Source of the DNA: Alphaproteobacteria bacterium
Lineage (GTDB): Bacteria > Pseudomonadota > Alphaproteobacteria > GCA-2731375
Length of the DNA: 64,000 nucleotides
Direction of reading: 5' to 3'
NCBI GenBank assembly: GCA_965232515.1
Contig: CBDDPY010000002.1
Location: 832,001 to 896,000, forward strand
Positions 19,985 to 28,102 of the stretch are shown in pieces; position 1 is the first letter of the stretch, and each line of letters begins with the position of its first letter. Both the position numbers and the translations under genes were made by a program. The notes beneath the pieces were generated by a model that searched no databases, was not told where the DNA came from, and saw nothing but the letters and a program-made list of their open reading frames with translations.

Positions 19985-21787
19985 CTAGGCGCCCTCCAGC
20001 TCCTCGCGCAGCAACTCCAGTGCCAGCCATTCCTCCTCGGCGGCCGCGAGCTTGGCTTCCGCCGTCTGCAGATCCGACGCCGATTGCGAGTACGCGCCAG
20101 GATCCTTGGCATAGAGGTCCGGTTCGGCCAACTTCGCCTGTAGTCGCACGACATCGGCTTGCAAGGCCTCGATCCGTCCCGGCAAGGTTTCCAGTGCGTG
20201 CTTCTGCTTGTAGGACAGACGTTGCCGTGACGGCCGATCGCGCGGGCCCGCGGGCGGCTTCTTTTGCGCCGGCTTTTCCGATGGCCCGGTCGGTAGCGGT
20301 TCGCCGCGCTGCGCCAGCATGTCCGAATAGCCGCCGGCATATTCGATCCAGCGGCCGTCGCCTTCCGAGGCCAGGACCGATGTCACCACGCGGTCGAGGA
20401 AATCGCGGTCGTGACTGACCAGCAGCACGGTGCCGGCATAGTCGGCCAACAGTTCCTGCAACAGGTCGAGCGTTTCCAGGTCGAGGTCGTTCGTCGGCTC
20501 GTCCAGCACCAGCAGGTTCGACGGCTGCGCCAGCGCCCGGGCCAGCATCAACCGGCCGCGCTCGCCGCCGGAGAGCGCGGCGACCGGCGTGTGGGCCTGC
20601 TCCGGCGAGAACAGGAAGTCCTTCATGTAGCCGACGACATGCTTGCTTTGACCGCCGACGAACACGGTGTCGCCGCGCCGATCGGTCAGCGCCTCCGTCA
20701 GCGTCCAGTCCGGGTCGAGGCTGTCACGCCGTTGATCGAGGGTCACCATCTGCAGGTTGGCGCCGCGCCGGATCGTCCCTTGGTCCGGTTCCAGACTGCC
20801 CGTCAACATGTTGAGCAGCGTCGTCTTGCCGGCGCCGTTCGGCCCGACGATGCCGAGCCGGTCGCCGCGTTGCACCCGGACCGACAGATCCCGGACGACT
20901 GTCTTGTCGCCGAACGCCTTGCCGACCTCGGTGGCCTCGGCCACGAGCTTGCCGGACATGGCACCCTCGGTGGCGGTCAGCTTGACGGCGCCGGCGGCCT
21001 GGCGCTGCTCGCGCCGTTCCTTGCGCAGGGCATGCAGGGCGCGCAGACGGCCCTGGTTGCGCCGCCGCCGCGCGGTGACGCCGCGATGCAGCCATTCGGC
21101 CTCGGTCGCGAGCTTGCGGTCGAGCTCGTGCCGCTCGCGCGCCATCTGCGCAAGCGTCTCGTCGCGCCAGGTTTCGAAAGCCGCGAAGCCCCGGTCGAGA
21201 CGGCGGGTGATGCCCAGGCTGAGCCAAACCGTAGCGTGTGAGAGGTTCTCCAGGAACCGGCGGTCGTGGCTGATCAGGACCAGGGCCGAGCGTAGCGTCC
21301 TCAGCTCCGTCTCCAGCCATTCGATGGCCGGCAGGTCGAGGTGGTTGGTCGGCTCGTCCAGCAGCAGGATGTCCGGTTCCGGCGCCAGCACGCGCGCCAG
21401 CGCCGCCCGGCGCGCCTCGCCGCCCGACAAATGTGCCGGCGCCTCGTCACCGCTGAGGCCGAGGCGTGTCAGCAGGTACTGCGCCCGATGCGCGTCGTCG
21501 CCCGGCGCCAGTCCGGCCTCGACGTAATCCCGGGTCGTCGCATAGCCGGCAAGATCGGGTTCCTGCGGCAGGTAACGGACGGTGATACCCGGCTGTAGGA
21601 ACCGCTCGCCATGATCGGACTCGATCTGACCGGCGGCGATCTTCAGAAGGGTCGACTTGCCCGAGCCGTTGCGGCCGACCAGGCACAGCCGGTCGCCGGC
21701 CGAGACCGACAACTCGGCCGTTTCCAGCAACGGCGTGCCGCCGAAGCTGAGGGCGATATCGCGCAGGATCAGAACGGGTGGTGCCAT
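19985..21787 (-). CDS. uup: ABC-F ATPase, Uup-like
   Basis: Two Walker A motifs (GRNGSGKS, GPNGAGKT), two LDEPTN, C-terminal LSYK coiled coil. Confidence 0.88.
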   Translation of the reverse strand: MAPPVLILRDIALSFGGTPLLETAELSVSAGDRLCLVGRNGSGKSTLLKIAAGQIESDHGERFLQPGITVRYLPQEPDLAGYATTRDYVEAGLAPGDDAHRAQYLLTRLGLSGDEAPAHLSGGEARRAALARVLAPEPDILLLDEPTNHLDLPAIEWLETELRTLRSALVLISHDRRFLENLSHATVWLSLGITRRLDRGFAAFETWRDETLAQMARERHELDRKLATEAEWLHRGVTARRRRNQGRLRALHALRKERREQRQAAGAVKLTATEGAMSGKLVAEATEVGKAFGDKTVVRDLSVRVQRGDRLGIVGPNGAGKTTLLNMLTGSLEPDQGTIRRGANLQMVTLDQRRDSLDPDWTLTEALTDRRGDTVFVGGQSKHVVGYMKDFLFSPEQAHTPVAALSGGERGRLMLARALAQPSNLLVLDEPTNDLDLETLDLLQELLADYAGTVLLVSHDRDFLDRVVTSVLASEGDGRWIEYAGGYSDMLAQRGEPLPTGPSEKPAQKKPPAGPRDRPSRQRLSYKQKHALETLPGRIEALQADVVRLQAKLAEPDLYAKDPGAYSQSASDLQTAEAKLAAAEEEWLALELLREELEGA

Positions 21788-21845
21788 AGAGCCAGCATGT
21801 ATCCTCGCCGTCCGCGTTAGGCAAGGCCGGTGACGGGCCTCAAGC

Positions 21846-21874
21846 TTGACAGGCCGCGCCGGCTCGCCTAATCA
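21846..21874 (+). promoter_or_regulatory. Putative sigma70 promoter
   Basis: TTGACA-N17-TAATCA just upstream of the SAM-II aptamer. Confidence 0.5.
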
Positions 21875-21880
21875 ATAGGC

Positions 21881-21930
21881 AGCGCCGATTTGAGCCAGAT
21901 TGCGGGCGCTTAAAAATGCAGCTAAAGCGG
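21881..21930 (+). ncRNA. SAM-II (SAM-alpha) riboswitch
   Basis: AGCGCC-GATTT-GAGCCAGA-TTGC-G-GGCGCT-TAAAAATGCA-GCTAAA: P1 stem, GAUUU loop, UUGC/GCUAA pseudoknot; upstream of metY. Confidence 0.9.
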
Positions 21931-21938
21931 TCGGACAG

Positions 21939-21971
21939 TCCGCCCCAGCATCGCTGCGGCGGATTTTTTTT
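21939..21971 (+). terminator. Intrinsic terminator after SAM-II
   Basis: TCCGCC-c-CAGC-atc-GCTG-c-GGCGGA followed by T8. Confidence 0.8.
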
Positions 21972-22072
21972 CGACCAGGCTCGGAAAGGGGGCGTTGCCC
22001 GCCGGGTCGTTTCGCGCCGGCGACGCAGCGCCGGAGTGGAATGGCCAGAACGAGGAGCCTAGAGATATATCC

Positions 22073-22609
22073 GTGACCTTCAGCGATGTTTTCACCTCCG
22101 CCCAGGATGCCTTCCGGCAGGAGCCTGGCGCCGCCGACGCGACGTTTTCGGTGGAGTCGCGTCAGACCGACGGCCTGAAGAGCGCCGTCACCGTGCGTCA
22201 GTTTCGCGTAGACGTGGACGAGCCGGCCGCGCTCGGCGGCGACGACACCGCGCCGAACCCGGTCGAATACGTGCTGGCGGCGCTGGCATCCTGCCAGGAG
22301 ATCACCTATCGCCTTTACGCCGACCAGCTCGGCATCCCGTTGAACAATGTTGCCGTCAGCCTGTCCGGCGACATCGACTTGCGCGGATTTTTCGCGGTCG
22401 ATGACAGCGTGCGGCCCGGCTACAATGCCGTCAAAGGGACCGTAACGTTGGACAGCGATGCAGATCCTGCCGAACTCCGACGCCTCAAGGCGGCTGTCGA
22501 CCGGCATTGCCCGGTGCTCGATATCCTGCGTCAGCCGACGCCGGTCAGCCTGGGTCTCGAATTCAAGAATGGGAGTGTGGGAAGCGCGGCGGCCCGGGCT
22601 CAGGCCTGA
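22073..22609 (+). CDS. OsmC family protein
   Basis: VDEPAALGG, PNPVEYVLAALASC, HCPV; probable GTG start. Confidence 0.88.
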   Translation: MTFSDVFTSAQDAFRQEPGAADATFSVESRQTDGLKSAVTVRQFRVDVDEPAALGGDDTAPNPVEYVLAALASCQEITYRLYADQLGIPLNNVAVSLSGDIDLRGFFAVDDSVRPGYNAVKGTVTLDSDADPAELRRLKAAVDRHCPVLDILRQPTPVSLGLEFKNGSVGSAAARAQA

Positions 22610-22650
22610 ACCGCCATTGGCAAACCTCAAGCGTCTTAGGGGCAAGACTT

Positions 22651-23970
22651 ATGACTGTTGACAGCAAGAATCCCGAGACCCTCGCCTTGCACGCGGGCTA
22701 TCGGAACGATCCGGCGACCGGCGCGGTCGCCGTGCCGATCTATCAGACCACGTCGTACCAGTTCAACCACACCGAACACGCGGCCAACCTGTTCGCGCTC
22801 AAGGAACTGGGCAACATCTATACCCGCATCATGAACCCGACCTGCGACGTGCTGGAGCAGCGCATCGCGGCGTTGGAAGGCGGCGCCGCGTCACTGGCGC
22901 TGAGCTCGGGCCAGGCGGCCTCGGCGTTTGCCATCCAGAACGTGGCCCAGGCCGGCGACAACGTGGTCAGCTCGACCGACCTCTATGGCGGCACCTGGAA
23001 CCTGTTCGCCAATACGCTGAAGCAGCAGGGCATCGAGGTCCGCTTCGTCGATCCGTCCGATCCGGAAAACTTCCGCCGGGCGACCGACGACAAGACCCGG
23101 GCCTACTACGCGGAGACTCTGCCGAACCCGAAGCTGACCGTGTTCCCGATCAAGGAAGTCGCCGATATCGGCCGCGAGTTCGGCGTGCCGCTGATCATGG
23201 ACAACACGGCGGCGCCGGTGATCTGCAAGCCGTTCGAGCACGGCGCGGCCATTATCGTCTACTCGACGACCAAGTATATCGGCGGTCACGGCACGTCGAT
23301 CGGCGGCCTGCTGGTCGACGGCGGCAATTTCGACTGGGAGGCCTATCCCGACCGACAGCCGCTGCTGAACACGCCCGACCCGAGCTATCACGGCGCGGTC
23401 TGGAGCCAGGCGGCGAAACCGCTGGGGCCGATCGCCTATATCCTGAAGGCACGCGTGACGCTGCTGCGCGACCTCGGATCGGCGTTGAGCCCCTTCAACG
23501 CCTTCCAGATCATCCAGGGACTGGAGACGCTGCCGCTCAGGATCCGCGAGCATTGCCGCAACGGCGCGGCCGTCGCCGAGTTCCTGTCCGGCCATTCGGC
23601 CGTCAGCAACGTGATCTTCGCCGGCAGCCATACGGACGCCGAGCAGCAGAGGCGGGCCGAGACCTATCTCGGCGGCCAGTATGGCGGCCTGGTGGGCTTC
23701 GAGCTGAAGGACGGGCTGGAGGCTGGAAAGCGCTTCATCGACGCCCTGCAACTGTTCTACCACGTCGCCAATATCGGCGATGCCCGCAGCCTGGCGATCC
23801 ATCCGGCCTCGACGACGCATTCGCAGCTGTCGCCGGAGGACCAGCTGGCGACAGGCGTGTCGGACGGTTATGTCCGGCTGTCGATCGGCATCGAGCATAT
23901 CGACGACATCATCGCCGACCTTACGCAGGCGCTCGACGCCGCGACGTCGCAGCAGGCGGCGGCCGAATAA
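22651..23970 (+). CDS. metY: O-acetylhomoserine aminocarboxypropyltransferase (sulfhydrylase)
   Basis: PIYQTTSY, GNIYTRIMNPT, STTKYIGGHG, ANIGDARSL. Confidence 0.92.
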   Translation: MTVDSKNPETLALHAGYRNDPATGAVAVPIYQTTSYQFNHTEHAANLFALKELGNIYTRIMNPTCDVLEQRIAALEGGAASLALSSGQAASAFAIQNVAQAGDNVVSSTDLYGGTWNLFANTLKQQGIEVRFVDPSDPENFRRATDDKTRAYYAETLPNPKLTVFPIKEVADIGREFGVPLIMDNTAAPVICKPFEHGAAIIVYSTTKYIGGHGTSIGGLLVDGGNFDWEAYPDRQPLLNTPDPSYHGAVWSQAAKPLGPIAYILKARVTLLRDLGSALSPFNAFQIIQGLETLPLRIREHCRNGAAVAEFLSGHSAVSNVIFAGSHTDAEQQRRAETYLGGQYGGLVGFELKDGLEAGKRFIDALQLFYHVANIGDARSLAIHPASTTHSQLSPEDQLATGVSDGYVRLSIGIEHIDDIIADLTQALDAATSQQAAAE

Positions 23971-24007
23971 CCGCATAACAACCAAGAAACGCCATCAACC
24001 GAAATCG

Positions 24008-24039
24008 GCCGGGCCGCATCCGCGGTCCGGCATTTCTTT
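24008..24039 (+). terminator. Putative terminator after metY
   Basis: GCCGGGCCGC-atcc-GCGGTCCGGC followed by ATTTCTTT. Confidence 0.55.
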
Positions 24040-24051
24040 GCCGATCTTTCT

Positions 24052-24107
24052 ATTCCGGTGACAGTAACCATAACTCCGTGTCGAGTTAAGGTTACTGTCA
24101 CCGGAAT
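24052..24107. repeat. 56-bp near-perfect palindrome (REP/MITE-like)
   Basis: ATTCCGGTGACAGTAACC-a-TAACTC-cgtgtc-GAGTTA-a-GGTTACTGTCACCGGAAT. Confidence 0.85.
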
Positions 24108-24109
24108 TA

Positions 24110-25054
24110 TCAGCCGTGGAGGGCGGATTTCGGCAACATCATATGGATGCCCTTGTGGACGTTGACGACCTGGGTCACGCGCAGGTCGCCGGCAAGGCTG
24201 CAGAGCGTGTAGGCGTCGGCCTTGGAGAGGTTGGTGCGGGTCTGGATCTGGTCGAGCATGCGGCGCAGCGCCTGTTCGGCGGCGACGTCGAGATCCGGAT
24301 CGATGCCGAAGGTGATGTAGTGGCTGCGGGTTTCGGCGAACGGCGCGTCGAGGTCCAAGTCCTTACGTACGTGCAGCTCAAAGGTGCCGGTCAGCGCCGT
24401 CTCGATGGCCGTGACGCAAACCTCGCCGTCGCCCTGCGTCGCATGGCCATCGCCGGCCGAAAACAGGGCGCCATCGGCGAAGACTGGCAGATAGAGCGTG
24501 GCGCCGGGCCGCAGCTCCTTGCAGTCGAGATTGCCGCCGTGGCGGCGCGGAATGATCGAACTGATCCGGCCCCAGCCGGACGGCGGCGCCACACCCATGA
24601 CGCCGAAGAACGGATAGAGCGGCAGGTCGTGGCCCCAGGGCAGTCGGCCGGTCATCGACGAGCGGTCGAGCGGGACGTGCAGCAGCCGAGGTTCCTCGAA
24701 ATCGTTTGGCAGAGCGCCGCTGAGCGGTCGGATCACGTTCCAGCCCCAGTTGTCGGCAAGCTGTACGTCGACGATGCGGATCTCCAGCACGTCACCCACT
24801 GTCGCGCCGCGCACCGCCACCGGCCCGGTGAGGATATGGCCGGGCGTCATGCGGTCGTGCACCTGCCGGTGGATCTCGACGAGTTCGGGCAACGGCCGCA
24901 GGTCGCCGTCGGGCACGACATCGGGACCGCCGGAGACCGTATGGACGGTGACGCTGTCGCCGGACTCGATCTCGATGACGGGCGAAGCGGCGGCCTCGAA
25001 ATAACCCCAGCGGACCGTCTCCGGCGTGGCGTTCAGCTCGTGGTGCGTCGGCAT
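24110..25054 (-). CDS. Acetamidase/formamidase family protein
   Basis: GHILTGPV, HGGNLDC, GDGHATQGDGEVCVTAIE. Confidence 0.9.
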   Translation of the reverse strand: MPTHHELNATPETVRWGYFEAAASPVIEIESGDSVTVHTVSGGPDVVPDGDLRPLPELVEIHRQVHDRMTPGHILTGPVAVRGATVGDVLEIRIVDVQLADNWGWNVIRPLSGALPNDFEEPRLLHVPLDRSSMTGRLPWGHDLPLYPFFGVMGVAPPSGWGRISSIIPRRHGGNLDCKELRPGATLYLPVFADGALFSAGDGHATQGDGEVCVTAIETALTGTFELHVRKDLDLDAPFAETRSHYITFGIDPDLDVAAEQALRRMLDQIQTRTNLSKADAYTLCSLAGDLRVTQVVNVHKGIHMMLPKSALHG

Positions 25055-25099
25055 GGTGTCGGGCGCTCCTTGGGAATCAGCCCCCGAACGGTAGCACGG

Positions 25100-26347
25100 T
25101 CAGGCCGCGGCCAGCGCCCGCAGCAGGTCATCGGCAAGATCGCCGGCGTCTTCCAGGCCGACCGACAAGCGCACGAGGCCGTCTGAGACGCCGGCCAGGG
25201 CGCGGCCTTCCGGTCCCATGGCCCGGTGCGTGGTTGTCGCCGGGTGGGTGATCAGGCTCTTGGCGTCGCCGAGGTTGTTCGAAATGTCGACGATCTTGAG
25301 CGCGTTCAGGGCGCGGAAGGCGGCATCTTTTCCGCCGGCCATCTCGAAGCTGACGACAGTGCCGCCGGCCTGCATCTGCCGCCGGGCGAGATGGGCCTGG
25401 GGATGGTCGTCCATCTCCGGATAAATCACTTGGGCAACGGCCGGCTGCCGTTGCAGCACGTGCGCCAGCGTGCGGGCACTGGTGCACTGCCGATCGACCC
25501 GGATTTCCAGCGTCTCCAGACCCTTCAGCAGCGTCCAGGCGTTGAACGGGCTCAAGGCCGGGCCGGTGTGGCGCAGGAACGGTTGCAGGATCTCGTTGCG
25601 GAAATGCGCGTCCGAAACCACGGCGCCGCCAAGGCAGCGGCCCTGGCCGTCGATATGCTTGGTGCCGGAATAGACGACGACATCGGCGCCGAAGTCCATG
25701 GGCCGCTGCAGCAGCGGCGTCGAGAACACGTTGTCGACCACCACGCGGGCATCCACCTCGTGCGCCAGCTCGGACACGGCCGCAATATCGATGATCTCCA
25801 GTGTCGGATTCGACGGCGTTTCGAAGAACACGGCCGCCGTTTCCGGCCTGAGCGCGTCGCGCCACTGGTCGAGGTCGGTGCCGTCGACCAGCGTCGTCTC
25901 GATGCCATAGCGCGGCAGCAGCTCGGTGACGATGTAGTGGCAGGAGCCGAACAACGCCCGCGACGACACGACATGATCGCCGGCGCGGAGTTGCGACATC
26001 AGGGCCGCGAACACGGCGGCCATGCCGCTCGCCGTGGCGAAGCAGGCCTCGGCGCCTTCCAGCAGCGCCAGGCGCTGCTCGAACATGGTGACGGTGGGAT
26101 TGCCGTAGCGCGAGTAGATGAAACCGGGATCGTCGCCCAGGAACCGGGCCTCGGCCTGCTCGGCGCTGTCGTAGACGAAGCCGGAGTTCAGATACATCGC
26201 CTCGCTGGTCTCGCCGTGCGACGAGCGGCAGAGGCCGCCGCGCACCATGCGCGTGGCGGGCTGCCAACATCGCTCGTCGTTCAATCTGCTATCGATCGGT
26301 TCCATGAAATCGACCCCCGTTATTGTCGTTGTCGCTGTGTCAGTCAT
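25100..26347 (-). CDS. metZ: O-succinylhomoserine sulfhydrylase
   Basis: GETSEAMYLNSGF, YSRYGNPT, SGTKHIDGQGR, NNLGDAKSL. ATG 26347 overlaps the rhodanese stop (alternative start 26305). Confidence 0.9.
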   Translation of the reverse strand: MTDTATTTITGVDFMEPIDSRLNDERCWQPATRMVRGGLCRSSHGETSEAMYLNSGFVYDSAEQAEARFLGDDPGFIYSRYGNPTVTMFEQRLALLEGAEACFATASGMAAVFAALMSQLRAGDHVVSSRALFGSCHYIVTELLPRYGIETTLVDGTDLDQWRDALRPETAAVFFETPSNPTLEIIDIAAVSELAHEVDARVVVDNVFSTPLLQRPMDFGADVVVYSGTKHIDGQGRCLGGAVVSDAHFRNEILQPFLRHTGPALSPFNAWTLLKGLETLEIRVDRQCTSARTLAHVLQRQPAVAQVIYPEMDDHPQAHLARRQMQAGGTVVSFEMAGGKDAAFRALNALKIVDISNNLGDAKSLITHPATTTHRAMGPEGRALAGVSDGLVRLSVGLEDAGDLADDLLRALAAA

Positions 26348-26781
26348 TTTTGCGTCCAGGGCAGGCCCGCGGCCTTCCAGCCTTCCGATGTTCCGCGTTG
26401 TCCGTGGTCGTCGCACGGCCCCTCGAAACCGTCGGCGACGTTGAAGCAGGTTTCGTAGCCCGCTGCCGTCAGTGCGATCGCGGCGTTTCGCGAGCGCGCG
26501 CCAGAACGGCAAAGCAGCAGGATCGCCGTCGATCTGGCGATACCCGTCGTCTCGACCTGTTGCAGGAAATCGGCGTTCGGGCGCATGCCGGGATAGTGTT
26601 GCCAGGCGATGAAGTAGGGGGACTTCTCCAGGCGGCTCAGATCCGGCCGGCCGACAAAATCCCACTCGGCCTCGCTGCGCACGTCGATCAGCACGGCATC
26701 GGGATCGTCCGTCAGCCGGTCCCAGGCCTGCCAGGACGTGAGGTCGCCGGCATAGGTTGCTTCGGTCTGAACTTGGGTCAT
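26344..26781 (-). CDS. Rhodanese-like sulfurtransferase
   Basis: LIDVRSEAEW, LCRSGARS, GWKAAGLPW. Confidence 0.9.
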   Translation of the reverse strand: MTQVQTEATYAGDLTSWQAWDRLTDDPDAVLIDVRSEAEWDFVGRPDLSRLEKSPYFIAWQHYPGMRPNADFLQQVETTGIARSTAILLLCRSGARSRNAAIALTAAGYETCFNVADGFEGPCDDHGQRGTSEGWKAAGLPWTQK

Positions 26782-26799
26782 TGCATGGCCTCCCCGGCC

Positions 26800-27528
26800 T
26801 TAGCCGGCGCGGCGGATCGTGCCGTCCGCGCCGATATGGATGCCGCACTCCGTCTTGCCGCTGCCGGCCCATCGGCCGGCGCGGATGTCGTCGGCCTGCG
26901 CGACCGCCCGGGTGCAGGTGGCGCAGCCGATCGAGCGATAGCCACGCACCGTCAGCGGATGTGGCGGTAAATCGAGCCGGTCGAACGCTTCGCTGATGTC
27001 TTCTGCCGACCAGTTGGCCAGCGGATTGATCTTGACGCGACCGTTCGCCGCCTCGATCAGCGGCAGATTGTCCCGCAGGCCGCCATGGAAGCGCTTGCGG
27101 CCGGTGATCCAGGCCTTGAAGCCGGCCAATGCCCGCTCCAGCGGCAGGACCTTGCGCAGATGGCAACAGGCGTCCGGATTCCGCCGCCAGAGATCGCCGT
27201 CGGAATCGCGTTCGGTCAGGTCTCGCGGCGACGGCGCGATCTGGCGCACGTCGCGCAGGCCGAGCCTTTCGGTGACGGTCTCGACGTAACGCAGCGTTTC
27301 CGGAAAGTGCTTGCCGGAGTCGAGGAAGATCACCGGCGTCGCCGGATCGATCTCGGCAACGAGCCGCAGCAGCACGGCCGCCTCGGCGCCGAACGACGAG
27401 ACAAGCGCAGTACGGCCGGGATAGGCCTCCGTGAGGACGGCCCGCAGCAGGGCCGATCCGTCGAGCCCCGCATAGCGGTCGGACAGGATGGCGGCCTGAC
27501 GGATCGCGGGATCGAAACGCAGCAGCAT
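26800..27528 (-). CDS. cysH: APS/PAPS reductase (Fe-S APS-reductase type)
   Basis: SSFGAE, CCHLRK, SIGCATC, ECGIH. Confidence 0.92.
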   Translation of the reverse strand: MLLRFDPAIRQAAILSDRYAGLDGSALLRAVLTEAYPGRTALVSSFGAEAAVLLRLVAEIDPATPVIFLDSGKHFPETLRYVETVTERLGLRDVRQIAPSPRDLTERDSDGDLWRRNPDACCHLRKVLPLERALAGFKAWITGRKRFHGGLRDNLPLIEAANGRVKINPLANWSAEDISEAFDRLDLPPHPLTVRGYRSIGCATCTRAVAQADDIRAGRWAGSGKTECGIHIGADGTIRRAG

Positions 27529-27541
27529 CGCGGGCCGGCTC

Positions 27542-28102
27542 CTAGTAGGCCCAGTAACCGGCGCAGGCGACCGCTGGCGGACTGTCGGGCTCCGTCGACG
27601 CGCCCGAGGCCGTGCGACGCGGACTTGGCTTGCGCCGCAGGGTGGCGGCGGGCTCGCGTTTGTCGGCGGTGGGCTGGTACCAGACCGAGATCTCCCGCAA
27701 GGCCTCTTCCCAAACGACCGCAGCGCTTTCGTCGGCGACCTCGAAGGCATCGAAGCCGCAGCGGTGCATGAACAGATACTGATCCCGTAGCACGTTGCCG
27801 ACCGCCCGCAGTTCGCCCTTGTAGCCGTAACGCTCGCGCAGCAGGCGGGCGTAGGAATAGGCGCGGCCGTCGTTGAACTTCGGGAACTCGAGGGCGATCA
27901 CATCGAAGCGTTCTATGTCGTCGGCGATGAGCGTCGGCGACTGGTCGCTCGCGAGCCGGATGCCGACCGGCGCGTTGCGTTGCTGAATCCCGTCTTCGTT
28001 GGCCTGCCAGGCGTCGAGACCGACGATCAGCGGCGCATCCGATCCGTCGTCCGAGTTCCGCCAGGGGTCGGCGACGAGCTTTCCGTCCTTAATGAGCGGC
28101 AT
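27542..28102 (-). CDS. DUF934 family protein
   Basis: FPKFNDGRAYSYARLLRER, ELRAVGNVLRDQ, RCGFD. Confidence 0.9.
   Translation of the reverse strand: MPLIKDGKLVADPWRNSDDGSDAPLIVGLDAWQANEDGIQQRNAPVGIRLASDQSPTLIADDIERFDVIALEFPKFNDGRAYSYARLLRERYGYKGELRAVGNVLRDQYLFMHRCGFDAFEVADESAAVVWEEALREISVWYQPTADKREPAATLRRKPSPRRTASGASTEPDSPPAVACAGYWAY

Noticed and set aside
26306-26347. Thr-rich MTDTATTTIT as a threonine attenuator peptide
   Set aside because: In frame with metZ, with no stop codon or terminator; more likely a variable N-terminus used for translational coupling.
26348-27166. Apparent long N-terminal extension of metZ (likewise cysI 29745-30272 and cysH 27529-27750)
   Set aside because: Open frames overlapping upstream genes; family homology begins at the downstream starts.
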